From NCBI GenBank assembly GCA_040954595.2, contig CM082589.2, forward strand, positions 1,603,910 through 1,667,909: a stretch of DNA of 64,000 bases, given 5' to 3'. The notes under the pieces are model-generated. The model worked only from the letters and a program-made list of their open reading frames with translations. It was not told where the DNA came from and did not search any database. A program made the translations under genes and the position numbers. The stretch is from Balanoglossus misakiensis. Its lineage: Eukaryota; Animalia; Hemichordata. Shown in pieces: positions 39,942-51,879 of this stretch. Numbering within the stretch: position 1 is the first letter of the stretch; the number at the start of each line of letters is the position of its first letter.

Positions 39942-42900
39942 ATGAGTTCCTCGGACCTCAACAAGAAAGGTGACAAAAAGAAGTCTCGTCGGAAGAGGGT
40001 TCATCCAAACAACACCTTGGGTGGTCTTGACACTGACGATGAGAAACCACAATACGAAATGAGTTCAAAGCCAATTTCGAACAATGCATTATGGGTAACC
40101 GAATCCAGTAAATTTAAGAACCCACCACAAGAGAAGAATATGGCCGGACAAAATGTTGCTGGACAGCATGTGGGCGGACAGAATGTGAGTGATGCTGTTG
40201 TACTGATGAACAATGTGAAAAAAGCAGGTGAAAAATTTAAGAATTTGAGGACAACCCGAAGAAAGAACTTCCAATCAGATGGTAAGTGTTATGTATATGT
40301 GTGCGTGCGAGACATACGTGCATGTGTTATGTATGTGCCTTGTGTGTGTGTGTATGCAAGTATGTATTATGAATGTACATATGTATGGATGGATGTATGT
40401 AGAGTCAATTTCTTAGGATGATACACTGGGTAATGTGGTTCTACATCATCCAGTGTACATCTGGATCCCAAGAAATTGACTCTACAAATCAGTTTGAAAT
40501 AGACATGAAGACAATTGTTTTTAACAATCAGAAGTTTTCACTGCAGTGGCCAAATAATGACCACATGCAATGAGAAACAGCGGGTATTCCTCACTGTTCG
40601 CAGACTAGTGAGAATTATTCCGAAAAATTGTGACACAAATATGTTATCAAGTGTGACTAATACAGCGTTCAGCCAGCACGTTTGGACTAATTTTAACAAC
40701 AATGACACACAGCTCAACCAAAGCGCAAACTGATTGAAATTCTGTACTAACGCTGCATGGGCAGGAAAGCGAATATACTCAGTCCAGATATGCAATGATA
40801 TGGAATGGGTATTTTTGAACATTTCAACCATATACATGTATACTAGGGACCATTCTTAGATACGTTGGGGTATTTTCATCACAGACAGACTTTCCCCTTC
40901 CTACTTCACAACTTTAAAAGACAGCTACATATACTGTGTTTCCATGGACTTTTCTCTATCTACTTCTCTTTTAAAAGTTACTTTGTCAGAACCTTTGCAT
41001 GTAAACTTATATCAGGTAACTGTTAAGATTCTGGACTCCCCCAAACTTCCCAAAGTTTAAAATCAGTTTCAGTGAAAACCATTTAACATCATCTGCAGAT
41101 CAGCATATGCAAATACATCAAATTACATTCATATTTGTCTTCATAACATGTTGTTTCAACTACCAATATAATTTGACATCTTCAGAACATTTGTATTTGT
41201 ACAACTCGGCAGTCATGCATATGATTTTGTTGTTTGACTTCAAATGTCATGTTACATTTCAGTTCAATTTCAAAATTTCTTTGGACTTTCCACTTTATAA
41301 GATATTCAATTTGAATCTTCATCAACTTACATTTACAAGTCCAAAATGATATAATCACAAATTATTAAACGAAACCTATGGGGTTCTTTGAGACTTCTAA
41401 TTTTAATGAATACATGTATCTTTCACTGCTGTTTGTTTTCATTTGTGTTAACATTTTGTTTTTCATTTTGCATGATTCATGTCATCGTTTCTGTTCTTGA
41501 TGTGGTGTTCTTGTGTTCCCAGCCCAAGCTCCAGGTAGTTACACAAGTTTTGTTTCTTTTAATTCAATGAGACAAAGTCTCTGTCTCTTGATTTATATAA
41601 TTTCATGGCAAATTTTGGTATGGATCAAAAGTTATATCCTAAAATTTACAAGCAAAAAAAAAGAGTATTCAGTCAGGAAAATAACATTGATAATTTCTCA
41701 CACATGAAAAAAAAATCACTGTAATTCAAGAGACAGTGACTTTGTTTCTCCATTTCTTCTTTAGATAACACAATTATTTTTGTTTTATATTTATTTTATG
41801 ATGCAGCTAAAACACTTTAGTAATGCATGTTAGATTTCAATTATTGTTTGAGACAGACATAACTGATTGATTTTACCCGAATCCTAAAGTTCTCTCTACA
41901 ATTAAAGTTACAATTAAACATTTAATGTCAAGTGTACATGTATGTGAAGGCTCATTATATCAAAAACTGTTTATTATAAACAAATCGTAAACCGAAAGTG
42001 CCCGTTTGTCTACTTGTATTTGCAGTTTATTAGAATGCAAAAGCAGTAGTTGAATAGAATAGTTGGCTTTGCTGTGATTTGATATGAACTGTGTGGTGTG
42101 GTAGATTTACTAAAAAGGCAAAACAATTTACATTCTGTCTGTGGTAACACTGTTGTGAGGCTTGAACAGTTGAATTAAATTATTCAGCTGAAGTTTGCAA
42201 ATGTAAATATTACAGTGAGATTGAAGGATTTGTTTGCCATGCACTGGTTGCTATGTAAGAATTGAAAATTCAGGATATCTTATTCATTTCTGTAGATGTT
42301 CGACACTTGCATTTGGAAATGATTTCAACCGAACCATATGTTTTTCACAAACCAGTGACAACAGAATAAATATATCATGATGGTAAAGAATGATTACCTG
42401 TACCTAATCAAGTCGTAAATCTCTCTTTTTCTATGAGGAGTCACTTAGCAACCCAGTGTTTATCCCAACGACAATGTATCTGACTTTCGCAATCATATGT
42501 ATGGTGAAATTTTCTTCAATCTCATATTATTCCAACAAAACTAAAACTACATGAATACTACCGTAGATCTAGCAATGTGTGAACTACAGATTAAAATATC
42601 CTAAATAAAACACAGAAATTCTTGGGCCAACTGTTCCATAAAAAGTAGGTCATGGGGTCATTTATGTTAGGTATATAAGCACTTTGGTGTCCAACTTTGT
42701 TGAGTACATTTCGTATGTAATTATTTCATCCAAGCCTTTTCATTGGTTACATGTAGATGTATATTAATTATGGTCTAACTGATAATCTGTAGCAATATCA
42801 AATAATTAGTTGGCAAAATAAATCTCTGGCCCAAGAATTAGTTAATTAATAGGCATTCTGTGACACATTGTATTTGGATATTTTGATTTTTGTTTGTGTG

Positions 42901-45900
42901 TGAAAAGTAAGAAACTTAATGTTTCATAAAATAATCATGAAAAAAAGATTTTCCAGCTAACTGTCTTATAACAGCTCACTGCTACTAATGATGGTGTTAG
43001 CACTTAAAGTTTCACAAAAGACTTTGACACATTTGTGACTAACTGGGACACATGTAACATAATTTGTAACATTTTGCAACCTTTTTGTTACAATTTTAAT
43101 ACATTGTAATAAGCACCTTGCATAATGTAACCACATTTATATACTGACACAATGCAGTAAGACATGATCATGTTTGTTACACTGTAACGACTGCTGCACA
43201 TTGTTACACCATGGCATATTTTGCAACATTTTTGCTTTGTTACATAGGTGGTGTATTTAGCCACAAGTTGCCTTTTGCTTTTGTAGTTTAGATTTTTCAT
43301 TCATCCATTTATTTCCTCGCATTCCTCCAATTTCACCAATACCTGCCTCTGTAATGATGTATATCCTCTGTGGTCTTGTAAACTGTTACCGATCAATCCT
43401 CTATATTTGAAGTAAGTATTTTTTTGTACTGTTTTCTTTTTTGATCCTTGCGTAGATTTCAACTTATCCACAATATTTGGGAAGCTTAGTTTCAAGCTTG
43501 CAAGCACTTTTATTTGCATTGTCAGGATTTTGTAGAATTGACACTAACTGTGTCATATTTCTTGAACTAATTGGTTTGTTCTGTTTGAACAAATGTCCCA
43601 AGGACATCACTGTATGTTATTACACACATGCACATGTAAATAGAATTCCCATCAATGATTCATGAATACGGTTTAAGTTTGCAAACTTCTGAAACAAACA
43701 TGGTAACTTACAGTAGCTATGACATTATAGTATATACATGTACAAACTACAGAGAAAATATTTTTTTTTTAATTTCTCAAGGACGGGTTTCATTTTCATC
43801 TCAGTGTATGTTAATTGTGGAAGGACAATTGTTATTCTAGTTAAATTTGAAGTCTGTAATGCATCAGTGTTCTGTACTCAAGGGTCAGATGCTTAGAGGT
43901 GACTGTCCGTGCTTGACGATTATTTTACATGTATTACATTAAAGTGCATAGTCAGCGATAGGTCCTGCCAGCCATGTACATGGTCGCCTGGCAACACGTT
44001 GTAAGAGTGTGAAATAAACACTCTGGTCACATGATTTATTGCCCTGACTGCAACTTGCCCAAGACTAGTCATAGTGGTTTATTTTACAATCAGTTAGTCC
44101 AAAGAATTCCAATAAATCATAGATTGTTTTCTCCGCACCAACCTTGAATTTTCAGTCGTTTGATCTCGCCCAAGTCTACCTGAAATAGTGTCATACCCCT
44201 TACTATTTCATTTTCCCTCTGTGTACATGCTCAGTTTAATCTGTATCCTTGCAAATAGATCTTGTTTTGCTACAGCCTTGTGGAGGATTATGGCACCATA
44301 AATAACTTGAAAATGAAATACCAAATTCCCTTAGTAATCATTCAACCCTGGCCTTGCGCGACCTCATTGGAACATAACAACTGCAAAACATTGTGAAGAG
44401 CGCCATCAGAGTGTTACTTGCTCGAGGAGAACACTGTGGTTGTTTGTATAACTTTTATGTTGCAGTGTTGATGAGTGTATGAATTCCATGATTTGCCTTC
44501 TAATAAAGACCTTCGTACAACCACAGATACCAATCGCAAAGGTGCAAAGGCACAGATTGATGAGTACGTGCCGACAGACTATACAGCACAGAGTAATGTC
44601 AACCGAGCCCTCATCTCTTACTTCGCATCGCTGGCAAAATCTGACCATGAGGAAGATAAGATTGATTTGGAATTTGTCGAGTCCATGTTGGATAGTAAAG
44701 CCAATGTCAACTGTACTGATAAACATGGACAGAGTATTTTACATGAGGTGAGGCTATGATTTGATGTAAATGATTTCATCCATACCTGTTCATCTGGAAT
44801 CAGAGTCTTGCATCTTTTATGAAACTCATTGGTACTTGCTTCAAGCTCATCAGAGGGTACTGTTTGCTGTAGACAGAGAGAGAGATTGAACAAACAATTA
44901 TTTCTTTGAGTCATTTGAACGCTTTCGGAAATTTCTTTGAGTCGTCTAAAGACAATATCATGTAAGATGACCAAGTACATATGCTGCAACATGATAACGA
45001 CTTATTCTGTTTCAACCACACAGATTGCCAGGGTTTGGGAAACTGATGTCGCTGTGTACCTAATCAAGGAAAAAGGTGCTAATCCCAATCAGGGTGATAA
45101 ACTTGGCAGGACACCTTTGCATGTAGCAGCTGCAGTTGATTACCCGGAGATGGTCAGTTGTCTCTTAGATCATGGAGGTAAGCTTAGAATGTGTGATGTT
45201 GAAAGTCATTCTCTCTATGCAGAAAGACATTGGTTTCACAGCACACATATATGTAGGTTTTGATGTGCAGCTTTACATGATGGTAAATGTGAGAGGGCAA
45301 ATATAACACAGGCACATATTCTCCTTTGCTGTGTATAGGTTTTCCCTGTTTAAGAACACAACATTGGTCTGTACTGTATAATCTTTCTATTGACTCTTAC
45401 AGCTAACTTAGAAGCCTTAACACTTGGAGAAGTTCAAACACCCCTTCACTATGCTGCAAAGAATGACGCCTGTCATTCGTTGAAAACTCTTGTCCAATGC
45501 GGCGCTGACATCCATGCGAAGGACTACAAAGGAAGAACTCCGCTGCAACTGGCAGCTGAGGGAGGTCAGTGTCTTGTTGGAATACGATCACCTCTGATTG
45601 TAGATATGCCTAAATATGGTGAAATCTGTGTGTTGAGTTTTTGCTATTCTCGTTACTTCCTCTGCGATTATTACATGTTGTGAGTTTTTGTGTTTTTTTA
45701 GATCGCAGTGAAACTGCACGGTTGCTGATAGAGCTTGGAGCCGATGCTGCAGATGTTGATAACAGCGGTCAACCAGCCATGGTTCTTATGATCACAAAAA
45801 TGCCACCAGTAGTAAGTATCAGCTGAGTCTATTGGTCAAAGCAACCGTTTGATGTTTTCTTGCATGTAGGTTTATGAGGATGTTATTTCTATATGACATT

Positions 45901-48900
45901 TTCAAATCCAAAGTGCTAAATGTGTATTATTTCTGTCCAGGCCAAAGAAGCACTGGACCGTTTCCACAGAACTGACCGAGCCAACAGAAAACAATTCCAC
46001 GAATTACATAAACTGGAACCAATTCATCCGGGTATGTATGCACTGCTACGGAAAGCTTTCAGTAACGATGGTAGGCATAGAAATTTGGGAAGCGTTTATT
46101 TTATAGTGGGAATGGACTTTCATCATCCCTCAGAAGTGAACTCCAATAATCTAATGACTGTTTGCATGGGTATCTAACATTATTGCATACCCTTATGTGT
46201 GATTTTCATAAATTAACATTTGTGTGATTTTTCTGAAATTACAGATAAACCAAAAAGAGTATGGCGGACACCAGTAAGTAATGTCACAGAACTTCCATAT
46301 TTCCTTAATTGACTAACATGCACATAATCATCAAGAGTGCTACAAGTCCTGTTGTCTACTGTTAAAAGCAAGTTTGCAATTGACCTGAATTTGGCCAATC
46401 AGCAAGTATTACCATTTGAAGTGACCAATTAGAATATTACCAGATGAAGAGGATAATCAACAAACTTAAACATTTGAAATGGCCAATCAGCAAACATTAT
46501 CATTTGAAATAGCCAATCAACAATCATCTCCACTCACTAAGAATCTTTTCCTTACTTCAGATGCAAGTTGTTGTACAGTATAAGCAGCTGGATCTCATAA
46601 TTCATCCTGTCTTCCAAGAATTGATCCACCTCAAGTGGAAAAAGCATGGCAGGTAATATCATGTTCCTCTCTTTAATTGATAACTGTCAGTTGATGAACT
46701 TGATGGCAGACATGTCTCATAGTTTCCAGTCCTGGATACTCTTTTTGTTGATGACACTGAAGTATCTCTCTCTACTTTCACAGACTGGGTGCTTGGAAAC
46801 AGACCATAATGAACCTTATCTTTATATTGCTGTGGACAGTGATTGGAGTCACTCTGCCAACCGATAGTGATCAGTACAACTTTCCTGGGGATATTTGGAG
46901 AATTGTCTTAGAGGTAATAATACTGATCATCAGAACCTAAATAGTCAGTTTACGATGTTTTCCAATGCAGGTTGCCAGTTTCAGTGAAAACCAGAAGTGT
47001 GTTTTGTACATAACATCTTCTCTTCTATCTTCTGTGTCTTTTATTTCAGGTTTTAGCTATGGCATTCACATTGTTTTTGATCATCGTAGAGCTGCAGGAA
47101 TACTTCCAATCCAAAAAGAACTTCAAGGTGGGTACAAATTATACTGCTTCACTCACTCTGCTGTAGTGTGTCCGAGAGACGACTGATTCTCGGACCTCCA
47201 AAGTACATGAGCATGAAGGTTCACTATACGAACAAAAAATGGCTGATATGATCAGTGGTTGTGTTCTTGTAGCTTTAATAATCAGTTGTCACTTTTTTCA
47301 CTTCAGCGATGGAAAGACTGGAGGGAAGAAGAGCTCACGAAAGATATGGGATATTGTCATCCAAGATGGCCGCAAGAAGAAAAGTACTTGAAAAGAGAGA
47401 TTGATGAATTAAATGACATGGCCCCCTCGTACTTCAGTGATAGCTGGTAAGTATTCTGTCTGCCGCGGCCGGGCAATATTTCTTACTTGGAGGGAGTGTA
47501 CGTTGGTAGCATAGTGAGACATCTAGAATGATAAACAAGTTCTTTTTTGACATCACCTGTTAATTCATTTTTGACATCACTTTTAACATCATCTCTTTCT
47601 CATTTGAACAGGAATTACTTTGACTGGTTTGTCTACATACTGTTGCTGTCATGTGCAGTCCTACATATCGTTGATATCTGTGTTATATCATCCAATGATG
47701 CAACTGGGGAAGATATTCTCTCTAAAGTGTACACCAGGCTCTTTGCCATCACTATCATCTTCCTGTGGATCCGACTTATGAAATCATGTCGTGCATTCAA
47801 AGCATTAGGTGAGAAATTACATGTATATCATATGTTGAATGTCTCAAATCTGGTATTCTTTAACGATTGTAAGCATTTTTCCATTGAAAATCAAACCTCT
47901 AACACGTGCATTTTAATGCAATCAACAGGACCATTCATCGTAATGTTGGGTAAAATTCTGATGGACGTTGTCAGATTTTTGTATCTCTATGCTGAATTCT
48001 GGATACCATACTGTAAGTATAAACCACTCTGTGTCTTCTGTTTGTTTTAAGATATTCTTCTGTGATTGTTGTTCTTCTAGAAAATTCCAACATCTGTTTA
48101 ATCTCTTTCAGGTTGTGCATTTTGGATGATATTCGGTGTGACAGGGGAAGTCAAGGGAATGGAAAGTTTCTACGGTGTGGCATACAGTCTTTTCCGTATC
48201 ACTTTAGTGGATGAATACGACTATGATGTAAGTGAAATAGACAGAGCTACCCTTTCACCACAATGGTTCAGTCCAAACCCATTGTTTTCTATGATAAGGT
48301 TAAACCACTATAGAGAGAACTGGGGGTAATTCTTGTTCTTATTAATTTGACAGGGCATGAAGGCGATTGATCCGATAATGGCGGACATATTGTGTGGTAC
48401 TTTCCTGGCTGTGTCAGCAATCCTCTGTCTGAACTTGATGATTGCTTTACTCTCGGATACATTTCAGAGGTAAGAAAACAAACAAACAAACAATATATAA
48501 ACAGGTATGAAGTTGTGTCAAGTAAAAAGTAGATTGTTATTATTGACGTTTGAATTTATAAGCTTCCATGTGTATATGTCTACGTTTCAGAGTGTACGAT
48601 AACGCCCAATCGAATGCGGCAATGCAACAAGCAGCTATCATTCTGGGAGTTGAGGACGGTCTGTCCAAGAAGAAGAAAGACAAGTTTTATAGATTCTTGA
48701 GAGACAAATGCAATCCAGTTGAGATGTACTATGATGATGATTTGACTCAGGACGGGGGTGAGGACTTGAAGAAAATCACAGTTCAGATTAAGGTCAGTCA
48801 TTTGAAACACAGACTTGTCATCAGAAAACCATGGTGATTACGTTAAACAGTCCATTCGACTCAACCCATATTTCCATTACAAGCCTGCCATACAGTATTG

Positions 48901-51879
48901 TCATGATTAAAACTAAGAATGAATTCATTCTACATAAGTCATCCATGTACAGTAAAACCATACCCAAGTTTCTACATTTGAGAGTGGACAAAGTTTTGCT
49001 TGTTGTAAAGATGTATGTACTGTGTGAATGTGTGTGTGACGGTGTGTTACATACTCATCTGAAACTACTGAAGAGAGAGAGAGATGGATGTTTTAGTAGA
49101 CCTACGCTTTTCTTGATAAAGCGAATCTTGAGTAATGAACAGTATCAGCATGGCAGTATTTAACCATTATTGTCCATATCGTATTATGATTTTATTCAAC
49201 ATCTTCAGGATGAGCTTGATGATATGAAGACACAACTTTACACCCACTTTGGACTTGACAAGCCTGATACATCGACGAGCAGAGGGGTTAGTGGACCCTT
49301 GGTCATTACAGACAAACAAATCTGATGCTGTCCTTACAGGAATTGGCAAAGTCATTACTACATGAGCCAATAACATTGTCATGGAGGGGTGAACATTTTA
49401 TGTAGAACCACCAAAATTATGAGTTCCACTAATTGTATAACATGACAATGTTAAAAGTGTATCCATGGCAATGACTCTGGAAATTCCTCCATGTAGAACA
49501 AAGTAACACCAATGTTTCTGTCTAACTTGTCTCTAGAATGTATCTGTTGTCCGCACTGTCAATAAATTTCTCTGGAAGCTATCTCCTTGTGTGTTAACAA
49601 TTGCATGTACCAGTGTGTTGTCTGTGTCTGTGTGAATGTTTACTTTCTTATCTCCATAGCAACTGGCATCATATGCCAAACCAATCACCGTTGTCAAGCA
49701 CCATCTCTAACCCACAACTGACATGTAAACATCCATGTTTCACCCTTCCATCACACTGTCACATCACCCGTATTCTGGTCTAATGATAAATTCTTTCACT
49801 GTTTCTAGTTCTGATGTGTTACATGTGTTAATGAAATTGTGTTTGTAGCATACACACCAAGAATGCACATTGAATGCAACTATGTCTTTTTACTCTATGT
49901 CACCAAAATGTTTTTTGTGGTAATATGAACATGATTTCTAGTTTTTCAACACACAAATAGAATGGACTGAGAGATCCAGTTAGGGATAAGCACCCATTAA
50001 TTCAAACCAAATGCAAGACTGAAAGTATTAGGGACTTATAAGTCTATGGTTTCTATGGCTACCAGACCAGATTCCAATCAATTAGAGTTTCTGTCCATTT
50101 CCAGGATGAACTCGATGACATGAAGGAGGCATTCAAGACGAACATGGGAATCACAACCGCTGGTGGTGGTGTGAACATCGTACAAGAAGTTGCGTTCTTA
50201 AAAGATGAAGTGGCGGAGATCAAACGAAGCCAGGCCAGAGCATTTGAGGATGTCATGAAAATGTTACAATTGGTGTTAAAGAGACAAAGCAGAGGTAATT
50301 TTAAATTATTGCTACATTTATGTAGTTTATGGTCACATATCCAAGATCCTGTCTGAGTTGCTCTGAGGGGAGTTATTTGACAGTTATGCCATGAGGGCGG
50401 CTAATGACAGTGGCATCAGAAATTCGGTGTGAATTTGAAACACAGAATGGTGGGAAGGTCATGATTTGACAGGAAATTCACAGTGACATTTTACTCTTGT
50501 TTGACTATAGGTGGAGGAAGAGGGGGTTATGGGTACGGCAGAGGTGGGGGTGGTGACGATGATGATGATGATGACGGTGGTGATGATGATGGTGGTGGAT
50601 ATGGAAGAAAACATCTGGAAGGTCTGAACGATGAATCTTTGCAGAGAGAATATGTGGCACATCTGTCAGCCAAAGAGTTAGAGGGGTAAGTTTTGTAGAG
50701 AGCTGATGTACAGCAGTTTGTTCAGGTGGTTCAAAAAAGCATATTTTTTTTCAAATGTCACTATCTGTGAAATACAATCGTACCTGTCTTTCGCAGGCGC
50801 TGAACTCAGCTTCTAATTTGCACGCTGCGTTGTATTTTTCAGGAGCAAACACGTCAGAGGTGTATCACCTCGCAGGGCCAGACAAAGCGGTCTGCTATTA
50901 TCTGATCCTCTGCTGGACACTTCTGGGCAAGTCACCTATGACTTCGCTCCACGACCTCCAACCCTTGAACCCATTCCGCCAAGACCGGGCACGTCAAGGC
51001 AAGCTCAGGTCACACCGGATGATGACAGACAAAGGTATTAAACCAGTGACACGTTATAGTCTGTGCAATAGAAAGGGGGGGGGGTGTCCAGTTTGTGTAA
51101 AACAACCAGAGACTGGTGCCTTTCTGATCATAAAATAAAATTCAAAGCATTTATATAATTGATTGTCAATTTCAGACTCTTGAAGTTGAGGAAAGAGAAG
51201 ACACAACTGAGGAAACGTCGACAAGCTCAGGAAGATTATCTGATGAGTAAACAACAACAACAACTACAGTCCAAAACCTCTGATGGTTTGGTCAGTGTTG
51301 AAACCGTTCCCAGTGGTTCCGACCATGAAATGGAAGTCCCTATGGTAAGCTATGCATCTAGATTATTTGAGGGTAATTATGGGAAGCTTGTTATTTGACC
51401 AACTACCAGAGGTATGTTATTTGACCTGCATGTACATGTACCACCAGAAGTGTGTTATTTGGCCAACTACCAAAAGTGTGTTATTTGGCCAACCACCTGA
51501 CTTGGGTAAATGATACAGACATGCATGTATGTAATTGCAACTAACCGTAAACCTTTCATTTCGTGATTTGTTTCTGTTTATAGCAACACTACACAGAAAA
51601 AGATGGTCTCGTAGTACATATGAGTGAAATGGCAACATCATCACCAAGACCAGACCTGTCAACAGAGATCAAAGTTAAAACTAACGTTTTGGTGAGTTAG
51701 CTACCAGAGACTACTTTTGACGGAGGGAGAAATTCTCAGTTGTCCAAGTTAATATTGTATATTTGACCTATGAACTATAGAGTATGGATGGGTTTGATCG
51801 TAAATATTTGGAAACTGACGCGAATTTCTTTCTTATCTTTCAGTTTGAAGATGATAGACCAGACACATCAGAAGCATAA
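39942..51879 (+). CDS. Ankyrin-repeat TRP cation channel (TRPV-like/TRPA-like), ~20 exons, long isoform
   Basis: About 5 ankyrin repeats (DKHGQSILHE, GRTPLHVAA, QTPLHYAA, GRTPLQLAA), pre-S1 HPVFQELIHLKWKK, S3 DSWNYFDW, S4-S5 RLMKSCRAFKALGPFIVMLGKI, pore YSLFRITLVDEYDY, S6 CLNLMIALLSDTFQRV, coiled-coil and low-complexity tail ending FEDDRPDTSEA* (51877-51879). Subfamily not resolved. Confidence 0.9.
46386..46528. repeat. Degenerate ~29-bp intronic minisatellite (about 5 units, CCAAT core)
   Basis: Recurrent catttgaaatggccaatcagcaa-like units. Confidence 0.7.
49209..49325 (+). CDS. Alternative (short-isoform) terminal exon of the TRP channel
   Basis: ttcag acceptor in phase 0; encodes DELDDMKTQLYTHFGLDKPDTSTSRGVSGPLVITDKQI*. 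It is paralogous to exon 50105-50294 (DELDDMKEAFKTNMGI..). AATAAA at 49561. Confidence 0.7.
   Translation, partial: DELDDMKTQLYTHFGLDKPDTSTSRGVSGPLVITDKQI
51389..51497. repeat. Degenerate 26-bp intronic minisatellite (4 units)
   Basis: tgttatttg(a/g)ccaactacca(g/a)a(g/a)gt units; unit 2 carries an insertion containing TACATGTA. Confidence 0.75.

Noticed and set aside
42296-42382. AG...GT-bounded segment in TRP intron 1
   Set aside because: Contains stops in all three frames, so it cannot be an internal coding exon.
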